From contig NC_043002.1 in NCBI RefSeq assembly GCF_006345805.1, positions 23,808,001-23,872,000 of the forward strand: 64,000 nucleotides of DNA. Direction: 5' to 3'. The notes under the pieces were generated by a model. It ran no database searches, was not told the origin of the DNA, and was given only the letters and a program-made list of their open reading frames with translations. A program made the position numbers and the translations under genes. Origin of the DNA: Octopus sinensis. Lineage: Eukaryota. This document shows positions 1-13,985 of this stretch, piece by piece (position 1 is the first letter of the stretch; every line of letters begins with the position of its first letter).

Positions 1-128
1 AACTTTGTTGCTATTGATGATGGTGTTGTTGCTATTGATGATACTGTTGTTGCTGCTGTGCTTGTCGGTGCTGTCCTTGTGTCATTGTCGTTGTCGTTGT
101 TGTTGTTGTAGTTGGCAGAGTGTGTCAT
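1..128 (-). CDS. Possible 5' coding segment of a minus-strand gene running out of the window (low-complexity N/T/S/A-rich N-terminus)
   Basis: Minus-strand ATG at 128-126 (gcaATG, in-frame TGA just upstream) opens MTHSANYNNNNDNDNDTRTAPTSTAATTVSSIATTPSSIATK to the window edge. Possible acceptor CACCACAG near 373. Lies in a CpG-poor domain. Could equally be trinucleotide-repeat DNA. Confidence 0.25.
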   Translation of the reverse strand, partial: MTHSANYNNNNDNDNDTRTAPTSTAATTVSSIATTPSSIATK

Positions 129-3100
129 TGCTGTTGTTCAACAACTGTGCTGCAGTGACGTAACTTATCAAGTGCACCAAAAGGCCACGTGCAGATGCAG
201 CAGTGGCGGCAGATGATTGTTGTAGTAATATTGGTCAAGTGATACTGCTACTATTGCCATTACTACTACTACTACTACTACTACTACAAATGCTGGTGTT
301 GGTGGCAATAGATATTAGCAGCAGCAGCAAAAAGAAAAGAAGCTGCAGCAATGCATCACTCACAAGCTTGGTACTGTGGTGTGTGAGTGTGTGTGTGTGT
401 GAGTGTGCATGTGTGTATGTGTGTGTGAGTGTGTATGTGTGTGTGAGTGTGTGTGTGTGTGTGAGTGTGTGTATTTACACACACACACACATACATATAT
501 ATATCTATTATATACATATTATTTCTCTATATATGTATATAATAAATATATTTATATAGTACATATATTGTATGTGTGTACACATACACACACGCACATT
601 GATTGATAGATATATACGTGCACAGACTTGGTTGCATATACAAACCCGAAAAAAATGTACTCAATACATATAAAAGGGTTTATTAATTTTTTGGTAAATG
701 GAGGCTGAGATTTTCTGTCATTGTTACACAGAATAGTGACAGAGAGAAACCTTGCCTTTAAATAAGTGTTTGTGTGTGTGTATATGTATATATTTATGTA
801 TGCATGTATGTATATATGTATGTATGTATGTCATCATCAACATCATTCAATGTCTGCTTTCCATGTTGGCATGGGTTGGATTGTTTGATAAGAACTGCCA
901 AACCAGAGGGCTGCACCGAACTGCATCAATAAATATATCTTGTGGCAAATAGTAAATTGAATAATAAATCTTTCTTAAACTTTCATACAATTCTTTATAA
1001 CTGCTGGATTACAAGTAGATCAGATGTTATAATTAATTTTTCAAGTCTAGCACACTCATTTGACAGTGATTAAATTAGAAATGATGCGTATTTTGTATGT
1101 GATATCTTATAAATAACCTTGTCCATCTAACATATGATGATTTGTAGAGGGAAACATGCCTTATGAAGTCATTATATGTTGTGGATTTGATTTCACTTAT
1201 TAAATAAGTAGAAGTATGTAAGTTGAAGAAAACCACTTCCTTGATTTTTACCTTTTGTTTAAATCTGCAGCAATAAACTGGACTTTATTACAAATGGTTA
1301 ATGGAGAGTAGAGTAATGCTGGCTTAGTGGAACTTTGAACATCAACAATGACATCTTGTGCAAACTCTGCTGGAGGATTTTCAGATTATACCTTGCAAAC
1401 TCTCCAGGATTTTCAGATTATGCCTTATAAATATCTCCCAGAAGTCCTTGGTCTACAGTGCTATCAAGAGTCACTATTAGATCATAACAAGCTGTACAGG
1501 AATGCATTTAAACAATGAGGCATATCTGAAATGTGAGAGGACAGACAAGACTGTCCCACTTGCAATTTTCATATGACCATGGCTTACTTATAGGCATATA
1601 TCAAACATTTGCTGTCATGAAAACTTTTTCTTCACAGTCTTCTACTAGTAAAGAAGGTCAAACATTTTTTTGTGTCTGTAGCTATGATAAAAGCGATGAT
1701 AACCTGGTAGTGAAAGCTGAAAGGTTTGGAGTCAGGTTTTTTTTTTCCTTTTGAACAAAGTCTTCTGGTCTTACACAAAATGAAAGTTGTTATTGTTTAG
1801 CCCCAGGACAGTTTTGTTTCATTCAAATGTATCTAATTGAAACAGTAGAATCTGAGAAAACTAGTGATGTTCTGTTAGTATATAGTCAATATGAACAGGC
1901 TTGCAAAGAGGTGTAAACTATTTTGACATGAGGAAAAGGAGATGTCTAATGTTTCATGCAGGGCCAATAACGGGAGTGTTTTCATATGTCTAGGACTATA
2001 TTATCTATATTTTAACTTGGCAAACTTAGTTGCTGTTTCTTGCCATTTGAATTGAAGGTGAAGGCAGAGATGAGAGTTCTGTTCTTAATTTAAGTTATTC
2101 CCCAACAAAAGGTTCTGATTGAAACATTAAATTTCTGTTTCCTCACAATATACTGTTCATTTCACTGTTCTAGCATCGTTGGACAGCATGATTTTGTCAT
2201 TTGACTGACAACAGGAAGAAGACATTGTGTTTTAAAGCGTCATCTGATCAGTCCTAAGAAACTCTCATTATTATTTTTGGCTTCTGTTAGTTAGGGTTGA
2301 CTATTTACCTACACCTGTATGCAGAGGCCAAGGCAAGGTTTTCTTTTCGTAAAAAAACTGACAGTTTCATATGCATCCATGTCTCTTCTTTGATGTTGTC
2401 TAAGAGAAAGGCTATCACCAAAGGGTTGATACAGTTTGACATTATTGTTATTGCAAGTGTTGCTGTAAGAATACAAAAAACAGAAGAGAGAGTTATGCAA
2501 CTCCACCATCCTGGATTGGTACTTTTTTTTATCAACACTGAAAGGATGAAAAGTACAATTGACCGTAACAAGATTTGAACTCAGAACACAAACCATCAGA
2601 AAGTATATCTTCTGATGATCTTCTATCCAATGTGCTGATTGTCCTGCCAGCTTACTACCTTAATACATTTATTGTATTATTTATAACATGTTATCCATAT
2701 ATTCTTATTACTTGTAATTTTAAATAAACTAATACATACATACACACATACATATATTTTCAACTGATGTAACAGTGACATTTTTATATCTCAGTTGTTT
2801 GTCTTTCCAATGCCCCCTTTTACTGAACCCTTGTAGCAAATAAAGAAAATACTATTATAATTATTGTTATTATCATTGGTGTTGTTTAAGTGATAGAGCA
2901 ACAGAAGTAGGGAAGTGTTGGACAAAATGCATCGTGGTATTTATTTTCATTTCAAATTCTGTTGGGATTAGCTTTGTCTTTTTCTTTTTGGGTGTTGATA
3001 AAATAGCATTCAAGTATTGAAGCAATTAAATTGGCCCAATGTCATCCCCAAATTTTGTGGAAGGGAAATAATCGATTATATTAATTTTGCTTGGAAACAG

Positions 3101-5430
3101 GTGATGGTTGGCAATAGGAAAGGCATTCGGCTGTATAAAATCTGCTTCAATTAACTCAATCTGACCCATGCAAGCATGGAAAAGAGGACATTAAAATGAT
3201 GATGATGATGATGATTAAGCTCAATAATTGACTGACGTTTGTTTTATGGGCCCTGGAAGGAGATAAAGCAAAACTAAACTTAGCAAGAATTGAATTCAAA
3301 ATATAAAGGAATGTAACTAAATACTGCAAGACATTTTACCCTTTGGTCAAATTTATGGCATTATGCTACTGTTAGAAATCTACTTGCTCAACCTCAACCA
3401 CTAAAGATCCAAGGTTCTAATAATAATCAAAGAAATCAATATTGTAGTTGTTGTTTCATCCATGTTCAACCTTTAACTGAAAGACCTCTGATTAAAGACA
3501 TTCAAGTTGTGACTCCACCACTTTAATCTATTCATTGTATTTTGGCTGTTATTTCAGGAAAGTCAAGTGATCCTGCTGAAGCTACCTAACTGGTTTGAGG
3601 TACTACTGGTGTTAATTTAATATTAACAAAAATTAACCTAAATTTAAAGATTTCATTGAAACTTGAGGTAGTGTGCATTGGCCAAAAAATTATACACTGA
3701 AGTTTGTCAATTTGAATAAGTTTTTATTCTATAAGAAGAGGATAACTACATAATGGGTCTGACCCTTCGTCTGAACTCGGTAGCAAGCTGGCAGAATCGT
3801 TAGAGTGTTGGAAGAAAAGTTCCAAGTTCAAATCTCATTGAGATCTATATTGCCTCTAATCTCTCCGGGGCCGTTAAAATAATATACCAGTCAAGCTCTG
3901 GGGTCAATGGTATTGACTGACCTTACAACTATTTATTGACTGTTTTTGTGCCTAATTCAGACACCATTATTTTTGACTAGGTATAGATTCTCAGATATAT
4001 AGTGAGAGAGAAAGCTGTGGTGTTAGTAGCGTGGTAAGGTATCTCAGTGCCTGGGGCCACAGAAAGTTTTGGCACCCTCACCTTAACAAGCAGGATAAAC
4101 AAGAGGAAATTTACACATTCCACCTTTTACACCTGCGTCCGGGAGATGACTACACCCAATTACCTTCCCTGCTTCGCCTCTGCATGGTGTTAATGCTTCC
4201 CAATTTTTCAGTCTTTATTTCTAGTCTGATTCATGACGAAGCAGACAATCCAAAGTCTACCAACTATCGTGACTAATCTTGTTTACTGTTTCTGGCACAC
4301 AGCCAGTATTTAGTCTGCGGAAGGATGTTCCATCGATCGAATCAATCTCAGTATAATATTGTGCCTCGTGTTATCGACCTTGACAAGATTTGAACTCTAA
4401 GACATGAGGGTTGAAGTAAATGTCACAAGACACCTGCTTACCTACTGTTTTCACTTAACGCTCTGAATTATAGTCTCTTTATACTGTCACACTGTCACAC
4501 AGCTCAATTGAAACAGTACATTACTGGCACGTATTCAGGTGCCAGTAAGTCGACCCCCAGCAAGTTTAGAGGAAGGGGTTGTACCCCCGTTTTTGTTCTT
4601 TGAAGCCTCCATGAAACCGAGTTTGAACTTGTAGCCTAGAAGAATGTGTTCAAATATAGCCGAGATCAACTTTGGTTTCATCATTTCCGGGTAGATAAAA
4701 TATATAAACAGTCAAGTACTGGGGTCGATTGACCCCTTTCCCTTAAAACTGCTGACCTTGTGCCTTAATCAAAAACCATATTTGATAATACTAGAGTACA
4801 GGAGACTAGATAGAGAAAGACAAAGCAGGATTTGAAGAGAGAGATAAAGATAAATAGATGGATAGAGAGAGGGGGAGATATAGAGGGGGAAGAGAGAGAA
4901 GAGGAGATAAAGAGCGGGGGTGAGAAACGAAAGCAAATTACAGGCAAAGTAGAACGTTCTACTTTATCCGTTATTAACTAAGCAAATTTTAATGTCATTG
5001 TGTAGGTATATGTATATGGCAGTGAATGTCTGTATATCTGTATCTGTGTGATTGTGAGCCGGCTGTCACACCCATTTCAACAACAGACACCCCACTCTCT
5101 GTCAGTCTGTCGTGTGTTTCATAAAAAAGGTCGATGAGTCACACGTCTCTCCCCCTCCTCATAACGTATATCACCGATCTGTTATTCTAAACATCTATAG
5201 AGGACTGAATACAGAGACTATATAGACACCTGCTATACACCCGGTCATACTGCTACTGTTTTTTTGTGTTTTTTTTTTGGAAGTGAATTAGGTTATAGTG
5301 GTGTGTGTACTATCCTCTACGTATGGTCTGTAGTTCACAAACACACACACATATATATATATACAAATTGAGATAGGGGTTGCAAATTCAACCCTCCATG
5401 GGATAACATATATTTTGTATATATATATAT

Positions 5431-6016
<586 letters not shown>

Positions 6017-7354
6017 GCCAGAATGATGGGCCCTGTCAAACTAATTGTCTTGACCTTCTCACACACACACACACACATACACACTACATAAAGACGAAGC
6101 TTTTGTAGTACTTATCCAATAACCTCATTAATGTTTATGAGAAGTGTTCTTATCTTCATTTGCAATATCAATGATTTCTAACACAGGCGCAAAATCGTAC
6201 ATTTTTTCTATGGATTAAATCAACTCCAGTAGTTAACTGCTTAAGTTACTGTCAACTGGATTTGAACTCAGAGCTAACTTTATAATTTTCTTTAGCTCTC
6301 TACTGTTTAACTAATCCACCACTCAACGTCCCCTATCTATCTGTCTATCTATCTATAACCATTCGTTGGAGAAATAAATCGTCGATTAGCCTGATCTCAG
6401 AATATGACTGGTGCCTAAAGATTAAGAGCAAATGAAATCAACAATAGTTTCAAATGTTTTGAGGTGTTTCAGTTCGGTACACAACATTTTGTCAACTTCA
6501 CTGCCTTCATTCATAATTTGTTTTTTTATCACAGGTGCAAATGTTAGAAATTCCTAAGTGGTTGGTATAGAGTCAGTCACGTAGTGGCCACCTTGTGTCT
6601 ATAGTAAAAATTTGAGCGCCTGTGCTTATTTTAAATCCCGGAGCTAAACCTGGTTCCGATGACGTATAAGTGGTCGAAATTACAACGCTTTTTTCAGGGC
6701 GATGGTCGCAAGGTTAACTTTTTGGCTATTGCTGGAACAAGTTTACAGCTGAGTGGACTGGGGCATCATGAAATGGAGTGTTTGGCTCAAGAACACAACG
6801 CACAGCTTGTCCAGTAATCGAAACTACAATCTTACGATCACACTTTCACGTGTAAAAGATAAGGAAAAAAAAAAATTAAATCGATATGAGTCCGATGGAA
6901 GTTGAACTAAAAACGTTGAAAAACTAAAATACCCATTCAATATTTTCAAAGTATTTTATACGATCTGACCTTAGCAAACCACGTGTAAACGAAATGCGAC
7001 CAGGAATCGAACCTCTCTTCATAAGAATTGCCCATATTACACAGGTATAGATAAAACTGTGTTTCTGTAGCTGATTTCGCTATATGTATACGTGCTTAGA
7101 CTTGCGAATGTAAGTGCCTCCATGTGAAAGAATCGGTGGAGCAACAGACATTCAATTATCTCCCTTTATATTTTCCGCGTTCGAATCCTGCCGAGGTTGA
7201 AATTATTAGTTATTTCAGAGGGATGATAAAATAAGCACCAGTCAAGTATTTCGGTCAATTTCATACATTACATCTCCGAAATTTACAAATCATTAATAGT
7301 GTTGCTGCTGTTTAACCCCAGGTCAACTCTAGCTTTTCTTAGTTTAGAAAAATT

Positions 7355-7563
7355 GGTTCAAAATTTTGGCGCAAGGTCAGCAATTTCGGCGAAGTGGGTA
7401 GGTCAATTACATCGATCCCCAATGTTCAACTGGTACTTCTTTTATCGACCCCGGAAAGACGAAAGACAAAGTCAGCGAAATTTGAACTCAGAACATAAAG
7501 ACAGGCGAAATGCCGCTAAGCGTTTAGCCCGGTGAGCCAACGATTCTACCAGCTCACCGCCTT
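7355..7563 (-). mobile_element. tRNA-derived SINE, MetaSINE-like core (family B)
   Basis: Minus strand GGCGGTGAGCTGGTAGAATCGTTGG...GAGTTCAAATTTC...CTTTCGTCTTTCCGGGGTCGATAAA; same family as 38527-38743. Confidence 0.75.
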
Positions 7564-8086
7564 TCCATTGTAGGAATATTGAATCGACCTAAGTACTGGA
7601 TTAGTATATTATTTTATCGACTCTGGAAAGATCAAAGTATTTGAACTTGGCAGGATTTGAACTCAAAACGTTAAGGGCTGTAGTAGCATTTTGTTCGAGG
7701 CTCTAACTTGTTCCTGGTGGGATTGTCAAATCTTTTATTAAAGCATAATATATTTAAAACTTCATTGTTCATTTTTTTTTCTTTTTGCACACCTTCCACT
7801 ATGCGATTTGACTGCTGCTATTTATAGCAGATCGAATGATCCCCCTCCCGTACAAGTTTCCTCTTTATGTGTAATAATCAGATAATTAAAATTTTCAAAA
7901 AGAAAAGAAAAAGTGTTAGTGTTTTAAACACTAACACTTTTTCTTTTTAAAGTAGTTATTTCTCAAGATTTATGATGATATGAAAATTCATTAATTAATC
8001 TTCTTTTCGTACCCCAAAGTACTGCCTATCATAAACATACATGCACACGTGTGTGTAACACGCACTATTCTTTCACACTTTTGATT

Positions 8087-8395
8087 ATTATCTCCGCCTA
8101 AGTGGGGGTATTGTTTCCAGTCATGTTTGTCTGTGGATAAGATATCTCAAGAACTGCTTGATGGATTCGGATGAAACTTTCAGGGATGTTTGGCTTCGTG
8201 ACAGGCATGAACTGATTAGATTTGGGGATCGATCCGGTACCGGACTAGGATGCTGAATTATTTTTCCTGTTTTTTCACTTAATTTTTGGGAGCGGTCGTG
8301 TTCATTTATTTCAGATATTCTCATTTAAAAAATCATTTCTGGCTAACATTGGTGTTGCTTTGGCGGAGGTTTGCGCTCTCTGAGTGCTCTTGTTA
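8087..8395 (+). mobile_element. Helentron-associated non-autonomous element (HINE/DINE-1-like)
   Basis: Subterminal inverted repeats TCTCCGCCTAAG / CTTTGGCGGAGG, 3' hairpin GCGCTC-TCT-GAGTGC, T-rich flanks. Confidence 0.7.
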
Positions 8396-8508
8396 TTATT
8401 AAATTGTTTTTACGTTATCTCAGAATATTTTCGTTCCACTTCTGTAACCTTGTCATATAAATTTTCACATTCAACTGTCTTTTGCAAGAGTAGGTTCTTG
8501 TTTTTCAG

Positions 8509-8654
8509 TTGCTAAGCATTGCCAAAAATGTGAAGGAAGAGTGCATGAGTTGCATATTAGGCAGGACTGTGGACTACCAGAAAATTTAACTAATTATCGA
8601 TTTCAATGCACGAGATGCAATCAACTAAAATATGAATTTATCAATTATTCATAA
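8509..8654 (+). CDS. Candidate terminal exon encoding the C-terminal half of a PHD-like zinc finger
   Basis: Acceptor TTCTTGTTTTTCAG|, then (x)AKHCQKCEGRVHELHIRQDCGLPENLTNYRFQCTRCNQLKYEFINYS*: C-x2-C-x4-H-x2-H ... F-x-C-x2-C. Upstream exons were not identified. Confidence 0.45.
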
Positions 8655-8855
8655 TATAAGAGGACGATATATATGAGAAAAAGAAAGAAATGTTGAAGTC
8701 GGATATCCTAGCTTTTACGATCAGAAAAATCGATGACCTTAAATGGTTTGAACAAAAACTAAATTTAAAATATGTTCCGCTCATGTTTTTCATACAACGG
8801 AATTTACGATTTTAAAAATTTCAATTTTTTTCATTCTTGTCTTCTATTTCCGTAC

Positions 8856-9050
8856 CTTTTCACTTTTCCATTAGGTATGGGACTTCTTTTAGGGATCGTC
8901 GCTTCTTGGATTTAGGACCGTGAAAACGAGAATAGCCGTAGATATACACTGGTTTACGGAGCATGGCTTACAAAACTTAATTGTTATTGTTGTGTTTTCT
9001 GGGTCGAAAATTTCCCGCCTTGACTAGACGACAAACTAAAATTTCCCACG
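8856..9050 (-). promoter_or_regulatory. CpG-rich promoter-like segment with an E2F-type site and a possible minus-strand first exon
   Basis: TTTCCCGCC at 9011-9019 and TTTCCCACG nearby; minus-strand donor AAG|GTACGG at 8856/8855; short ATG ORF MLRKPVYIYGYSRFHGPKSKKRRSLKEVPYLMEK*; unique, CpG-retaining sequence. Confidence 0.3.
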
Positions 9051-9368
9051 CATTCATTCAGTATACAATAACATTAAAATAAATAAATACCATAAAACTA
9101 TTTAAAAAAATATTACTTTTCCCCCAAGAAATGCTAAAAATACAATAACTCAATTATTCTGTAGTGACAAAGAATGATGGTTAATACAAGTCATAGAAAT
9201 AGCAGTTTGAATCAGAAATATCATTAGCTCCACAAAATACTGTGCCGTGCTGCGTAACATCAAAGATTAAATGCAGAACCGGTCAACGAGGCAGCTTATA
9301 AAGAGTTGCACAACCAGTTAGAAATAGCAGCACAATCTCCACAAAATTTCACCCGTATTGAATATTCG

Positions 9369-10292
9369 GGCGAAGTTTCGCATGTCGTAGCACAGATTTC
9401 CGTCGATTTCCGTAAAAAACTTTTATTTTTTTACATAAGTAATGAGAGCGAAAGAGACTAAGAGGAAGCGATTTTACGATGAGAAGGTTTCTCTTTGAAA
9501 TCGGCCTGTGTGTGTTTGATGGGGTGTGGGAGACAGACAGTATGTTGTGTAAGTGAAGTGCTTCTGTTAGTGTGTGCGAAGAGGACAGAGAGAGTAATGT
9601 GTGAAAGAGAGAGATAATGATTTTTTACTCGGTGTATGTGTTATATGTATGTATGCATGTATGTGTGTGTGTGTATGTATCTATGTATGTGTGTGTGTGT
9701 AAGTATGTGTAGTATGTATGTATGTATGGCCGATTCATCGTAATTTTTTACTCGGTGTATGTGTATATGTATGTCTGCATGTATGTGTGTGTGTGTATGT
9801 TATGTATCTATGTATGTGTGTATGTGTATGTATGTATGTGTGTATGTATGTATGGTCGATTCAGTGTAATTTTTTACTCGGTGTATGTGTATATGTATGT
9901 CTGCATGTATGTGTGTGTGTGTATGTATCTATGTGGTGTGTGTAAGTATGTGTGTGTGTATGTATGTATGTATGTGTGTGTGTGTATGTATCTATGTATG
10001 TGTGTGTGTGTATGTATGTATGTATATGGCCGATTCATAGAATTTTTTACTCGGTGTATGTGTATATGTATGTCTGTCTCTTCATACACACTAACAGAAG
10101 CACTTCACTTACACAACATACTGTCTGTCTCCCACACCCCATCAAACACACACAGGCCGACTTCAAAGTGAAACCTTCTCGTCGTAAAATCGCTTCCTCT
10201 TAGTCTCTTTCGCTCTCATTACTTATGTAAAAAAATAAAAGTTTTTTACGGAAATCGACGGAAATCTGTGCTACTACAACCGAAACTATGCC
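9369..10292. mobile_element. Non-autonomous DNA transposon with ~220-bp TIRs and 8-bp TSD (Merlin-like termini)
   Basis: TSD AATATTCG at 9361-9368 and 10293-10300; ends GGCGAAGTTTCG... / ...CGAAACTATGCC; TIRs ~9369-9590 and ~10070-10292; internal tandem units starting ATTTTTTACTCGGTGTATGTG. Confidence 0.9.
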
Positions 10293-10784
10293 AATATTCG
10301 TATCTACTCTAGGCACAAGGCCCGAAATTTGGGGAGAGGGGGACAGCCGATTAGATCGACCTCAGTACACAACTGGTACTTAATTATCGACTCCGAAAGG
10401 ATGAAAGGCAAAGTCGACCTCGGCGGAATAACCGTGTTGAATATTGGCGTATTGATGCACAGTCAAGAAGTTCGCCTCACAACTACGTGGTTTGGGTTTC
10501 GACCAGATTACGCGGCAACCTAGGAAAGTGTTTTCTACTTACGTTCGGGTCGACCGAAGCATTGCGAGCAGTGTTGTCTTCACATCATTATAACCCCACC
10601 CCTCTCGGTTGACAAAACAATGCACAAGACTTGTATTTGTTCATCGACAGCAAACTACAGTACACATAGATTGGCATACGGACCCCTAAATCCGTGGACC
10701 CTCTGAGCAAAAACCCACCGTCCCATGATCTAAGATAACACAGCTTGTAAGTAATGTTTAACAGACGATCTTCGATGGTAGGGC

Positions 10785-11689
10785 CAGTGCCGGATTAAGA
10801 CCCATCGAGGCCCTAAGCCCTTTTGGTGCCCCATAAAAGATTATGTAATTCAAAATATAAACAACAACAAACCATAAAATAATTTTTTATTTTTCAAGAC
10901 GAAACAAAACAGTAAGAGGGAAAATAATGTTTATTTTTGTATACTTCCACTTTCTTTATATTTGAAAAGTTTCCTCCTACTTTTTTGAATTGCAAAGTCT
11001 TTAATCATCATCATCATCATCATCGTTTAACGTCCACTTTCCATGCTAGCATGGGTTGGACGATTTGACTGAGGACTGGCTGCACCAGACTCCAATCTGA
11101 TCTGGCAGAGTTTCTACTGCTGGATGCCCTTCCTAACGCCAACCACTCCGAGAGTATAGTGGGTGATTTTACGTGTCACTGGCATGAGGGCCAGTCAGGC
11201 GGTGCTGGCAATGGCCACGCTCAAATGGTGCTTTTTATGTGCCACCTGCACAGGAGCCAGTCCAGTAGCACTGGCAACGACCTGGTTACACCCCTGGCAT
11301 AGGCCATAAGGTTATGGTCTCACTTGCGCTTGCCGAGTCTTCTCAAGCACAGCATATTTCCAAAGGTCCTGGTCACTAGTTCTACCTCTTCCTACAGGTT
11401 CCCTCAACTGCTAGGGCGTGACACTTTTTCACACAGCTATCCATATCCATTCTCGCCACATGACCATACTAGCGCGGTCGTCTCTCCACATCTGAGATCC
11501 GCAAAATTAATCTTAGATAACACATCTGCATCTATACTTGGTAGAGATAAAGGCGTCTCGGATATTATTTTAGCAAGTTTAAAGTGATTTCTTTTGTATT
11601 GTAAACCATTTACCATTTCTGTGCTACCCCCTACTTCTCTTGATGCCCTAAACACGTGCTTATTTTGTTTAATGGTTAATCCAGTGCTG
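10785..11689. mobile_element. hAT-type MITE (CAG..GGATTAA termini) interrupted by an RTE-X LINE 3' fragment
   Basis: TIR CAGTGCCGGATTAA / TTAATCCAGTGCTG; TSD GGTAGGGC (10777-10784) / GGTAGGGT (11690-11697). Same family at 42991-43780 and 58306-59164. Confidence 0.8.
11005..11505 (-). mobile_element. RTE-X-like LINE 3' end/3' UTR with (GAT)n tail
   Basis: Tail ...GTTAAACGATGATGAT, core GTGGTTGGCGTTAGGAAGGGCATCCAGC and GGCAC-TAAAAAGCACC units; residual RT-end sequence at 11380-11500. Confidence 0.8.
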
Positions 11690-12964
11690 GGTAGGGTTCT
11701 GTTGCAAGAATTCTGGTCAGGTCTTTGAAACTTCTCCCCTTCCTTTGTAGCTATCTCAGAGACCTTGAAATGAGATCATGGACGCTATACTTCCCCTTCT
11801 GAATAAATAGCAGCACTCCTGACCCACTGAATAAAAAAGGGACTCACTAGACTGATCCTCTATCTGCTCGTTCATAGTGAACACGGAACTAAACAGCATG
11901 TGCAAAAGATCAGAGCCTATTCATCATCATATCACACCCTGCTGACTTAAAGGTAAAGTACATATAGAATAATGTAGTAACTGGTTTAATTATCCTGAGA
12001 ATAAATAAATAAAAATCAAATAAAGAATAAGACAGTACGGTCACGGTTGGGATGACTTTGATCATTGGTCTACTGAATCATGGATAACAGTAGGCTAATA
12101 ATAATATTAACAAATGTACACACAAACAACTGGTTAAGCCCACAGGGAAGCTTTTATGTCAGTGGTTCCCAACCTGTGGTCTGCAAAGGTAGTACCGGGG
12201 GTTCATAAACTAAATTCAAAATTTCATATATATATATATATATATAAATTCAGCAAAATTTAGATTCAAATGAATATGGTACATAAGTCAGAGGCACCAG
12301 AATTTTGCATGGTATTATCCATATAAATCCATGGGGTGATTATAATCAAAATAAGCAACAAATATATCTTCGGTAATTTGGTATGATCGTTTCATGGTAC
12401 TTCATTTTATTAAATATTGTAAGTATTACATCAGTTTTAAAATGTTGAGCAATCTTCAGCCATTTATAGAAGTCTTATATATATATATATATATATATTC
12501 ACATGCTACTGTCATATCCTGTCCCCCCCCTCCCGCTTCCATTGGTTTTAGATATTCTATGTGCTGGATAAGGGCTAAGCTACAACAACAAACAGATTGG
12601 TCAATGAAAAGCACACATGTCCACACTAGCACACTACAATCTTTAGGATAGCAGAAGAGGCTTCTACATACTATGAGATGATACTGAGAATGAGAGGAAA
12701 AAAGGAAACAGTTTCAGTGAGGGTGAATGGATGTGCAAAAAAAGGTAGGAGATGAAATATGTTCAGTTCTGCTCCCATATAATTACAGTAGTTGAGTGAA
12801 TATTGCCATAGTCAGAAGAATGATAGTGAGGGTATTAGGAAGATGAGTTATGGGGAAGAGACATGTCAGCGACAGATGGATGTAGTTGCATAGACATGAG
12901 TGGTAATGCTTTTAGGACATTATTTGTGTTGAGAAAGACAAGTTTTCTTGAGAATAGCAGATCA

Positions 12965-13985
12965 CCAACTATTTCAATCCTTTGTCCTCTTCTCTGTGAG
13001 ACTCAACATCTGGAGGTCATTCTTCCTAACTTGTCCCAGATCTTCCTAGGTTTCTCTCTTCCACAACTTCAAGCTACTGGCACTTCTTTATGCAGCTGTC
13101 CTCATCCATACACATCACATGGCCAAACAAGCACAGTTTTTCTCTCTTACACACTTCATCTGATTCCTCTTTTGCCCAGTTTTTCACACTGATGTTGCAC
13201 ATCCAGAAAAACATGCTAGCTTCATTTTTTTTCTTGCATTTGCTGTCATCTGTATTTGCAACCCACATTTCACTACAATTAACATTGCTCTTCATAAACA
13301 AGCTTTTACTCCAAGAAAGAAGTCTTTATTTACCAACAGAGGTAATAGCTCTCTGAACTTTCTCCAGCCAATTCTTATTCTAGCAACTCTGCTTTCTGAG
13401 CATCCTCCTCCACTGCGAATTAGATCACCTAGGTAACAGAAACTGTCTACTACCTTTAAGGATCCTCCCGTGCATTTGAGAAAATCTATTTCATATGGAT
13501 TCTTACTGTGTATTGTTCCTATGTTTCTGCCATATACAAAACTTATTTGCTTTGTTAACCTTCCTGTGTTTCCGCAATAACTCTTATTTGTCTATATTGT
13601 GTACCTGGTAGGACAATATAGAATTTCTACCAATGCTTTTTCTGCATATTGAGCAGGGTCTTTTTTCTGAAGTGATTCATGGTTTTCTGTTTTCCCATTT
13701 ACTAAAACTTTGGCTTTTTCTAAGTTAATCATAAAGCCTTTAGATTCCAGGTTTTGCTTTCAATATCTGAAATTTTATTTTAAATTCTTCTATAGATTCA
13801 GCTATAAGAACAAGGTCATCAATATAGAGAAGCTCCCACAAGCAACCAGTCTTAAACTTCTCTGTTATGGACTGGAAGACTAAGATAAACAAGAGGCCAT
13901 TGAGAACTTGGGCCTTGGTGAACTTCTATCTGTACACTAAATTCCTTGCTGTGCACATTGTCAACTTTCAACTTACTGTACATAG
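12965..13985 (-). pseudogene. Degenerate RTE-X-like LINE reverse transcriptase fragment
   Basis: Minus-strand translation gives EVHQG..L..LLFILVFQSITEKFKTGCLWELLYIDDLVLIAES and CSICRKSIGRNS (zinc-binding insert typical of RTE-X); many stops and frameshifts. Confidence 0.8.

Noticed and set aside
6655-6690. Hammerhead-like CCGATGA...CGAAA (also CAGACGAAGGGTCAGACCC on minus at ~3755-3776)
   Set aside because: Stem II or the GAAA box is not intact; at most decayed relics.
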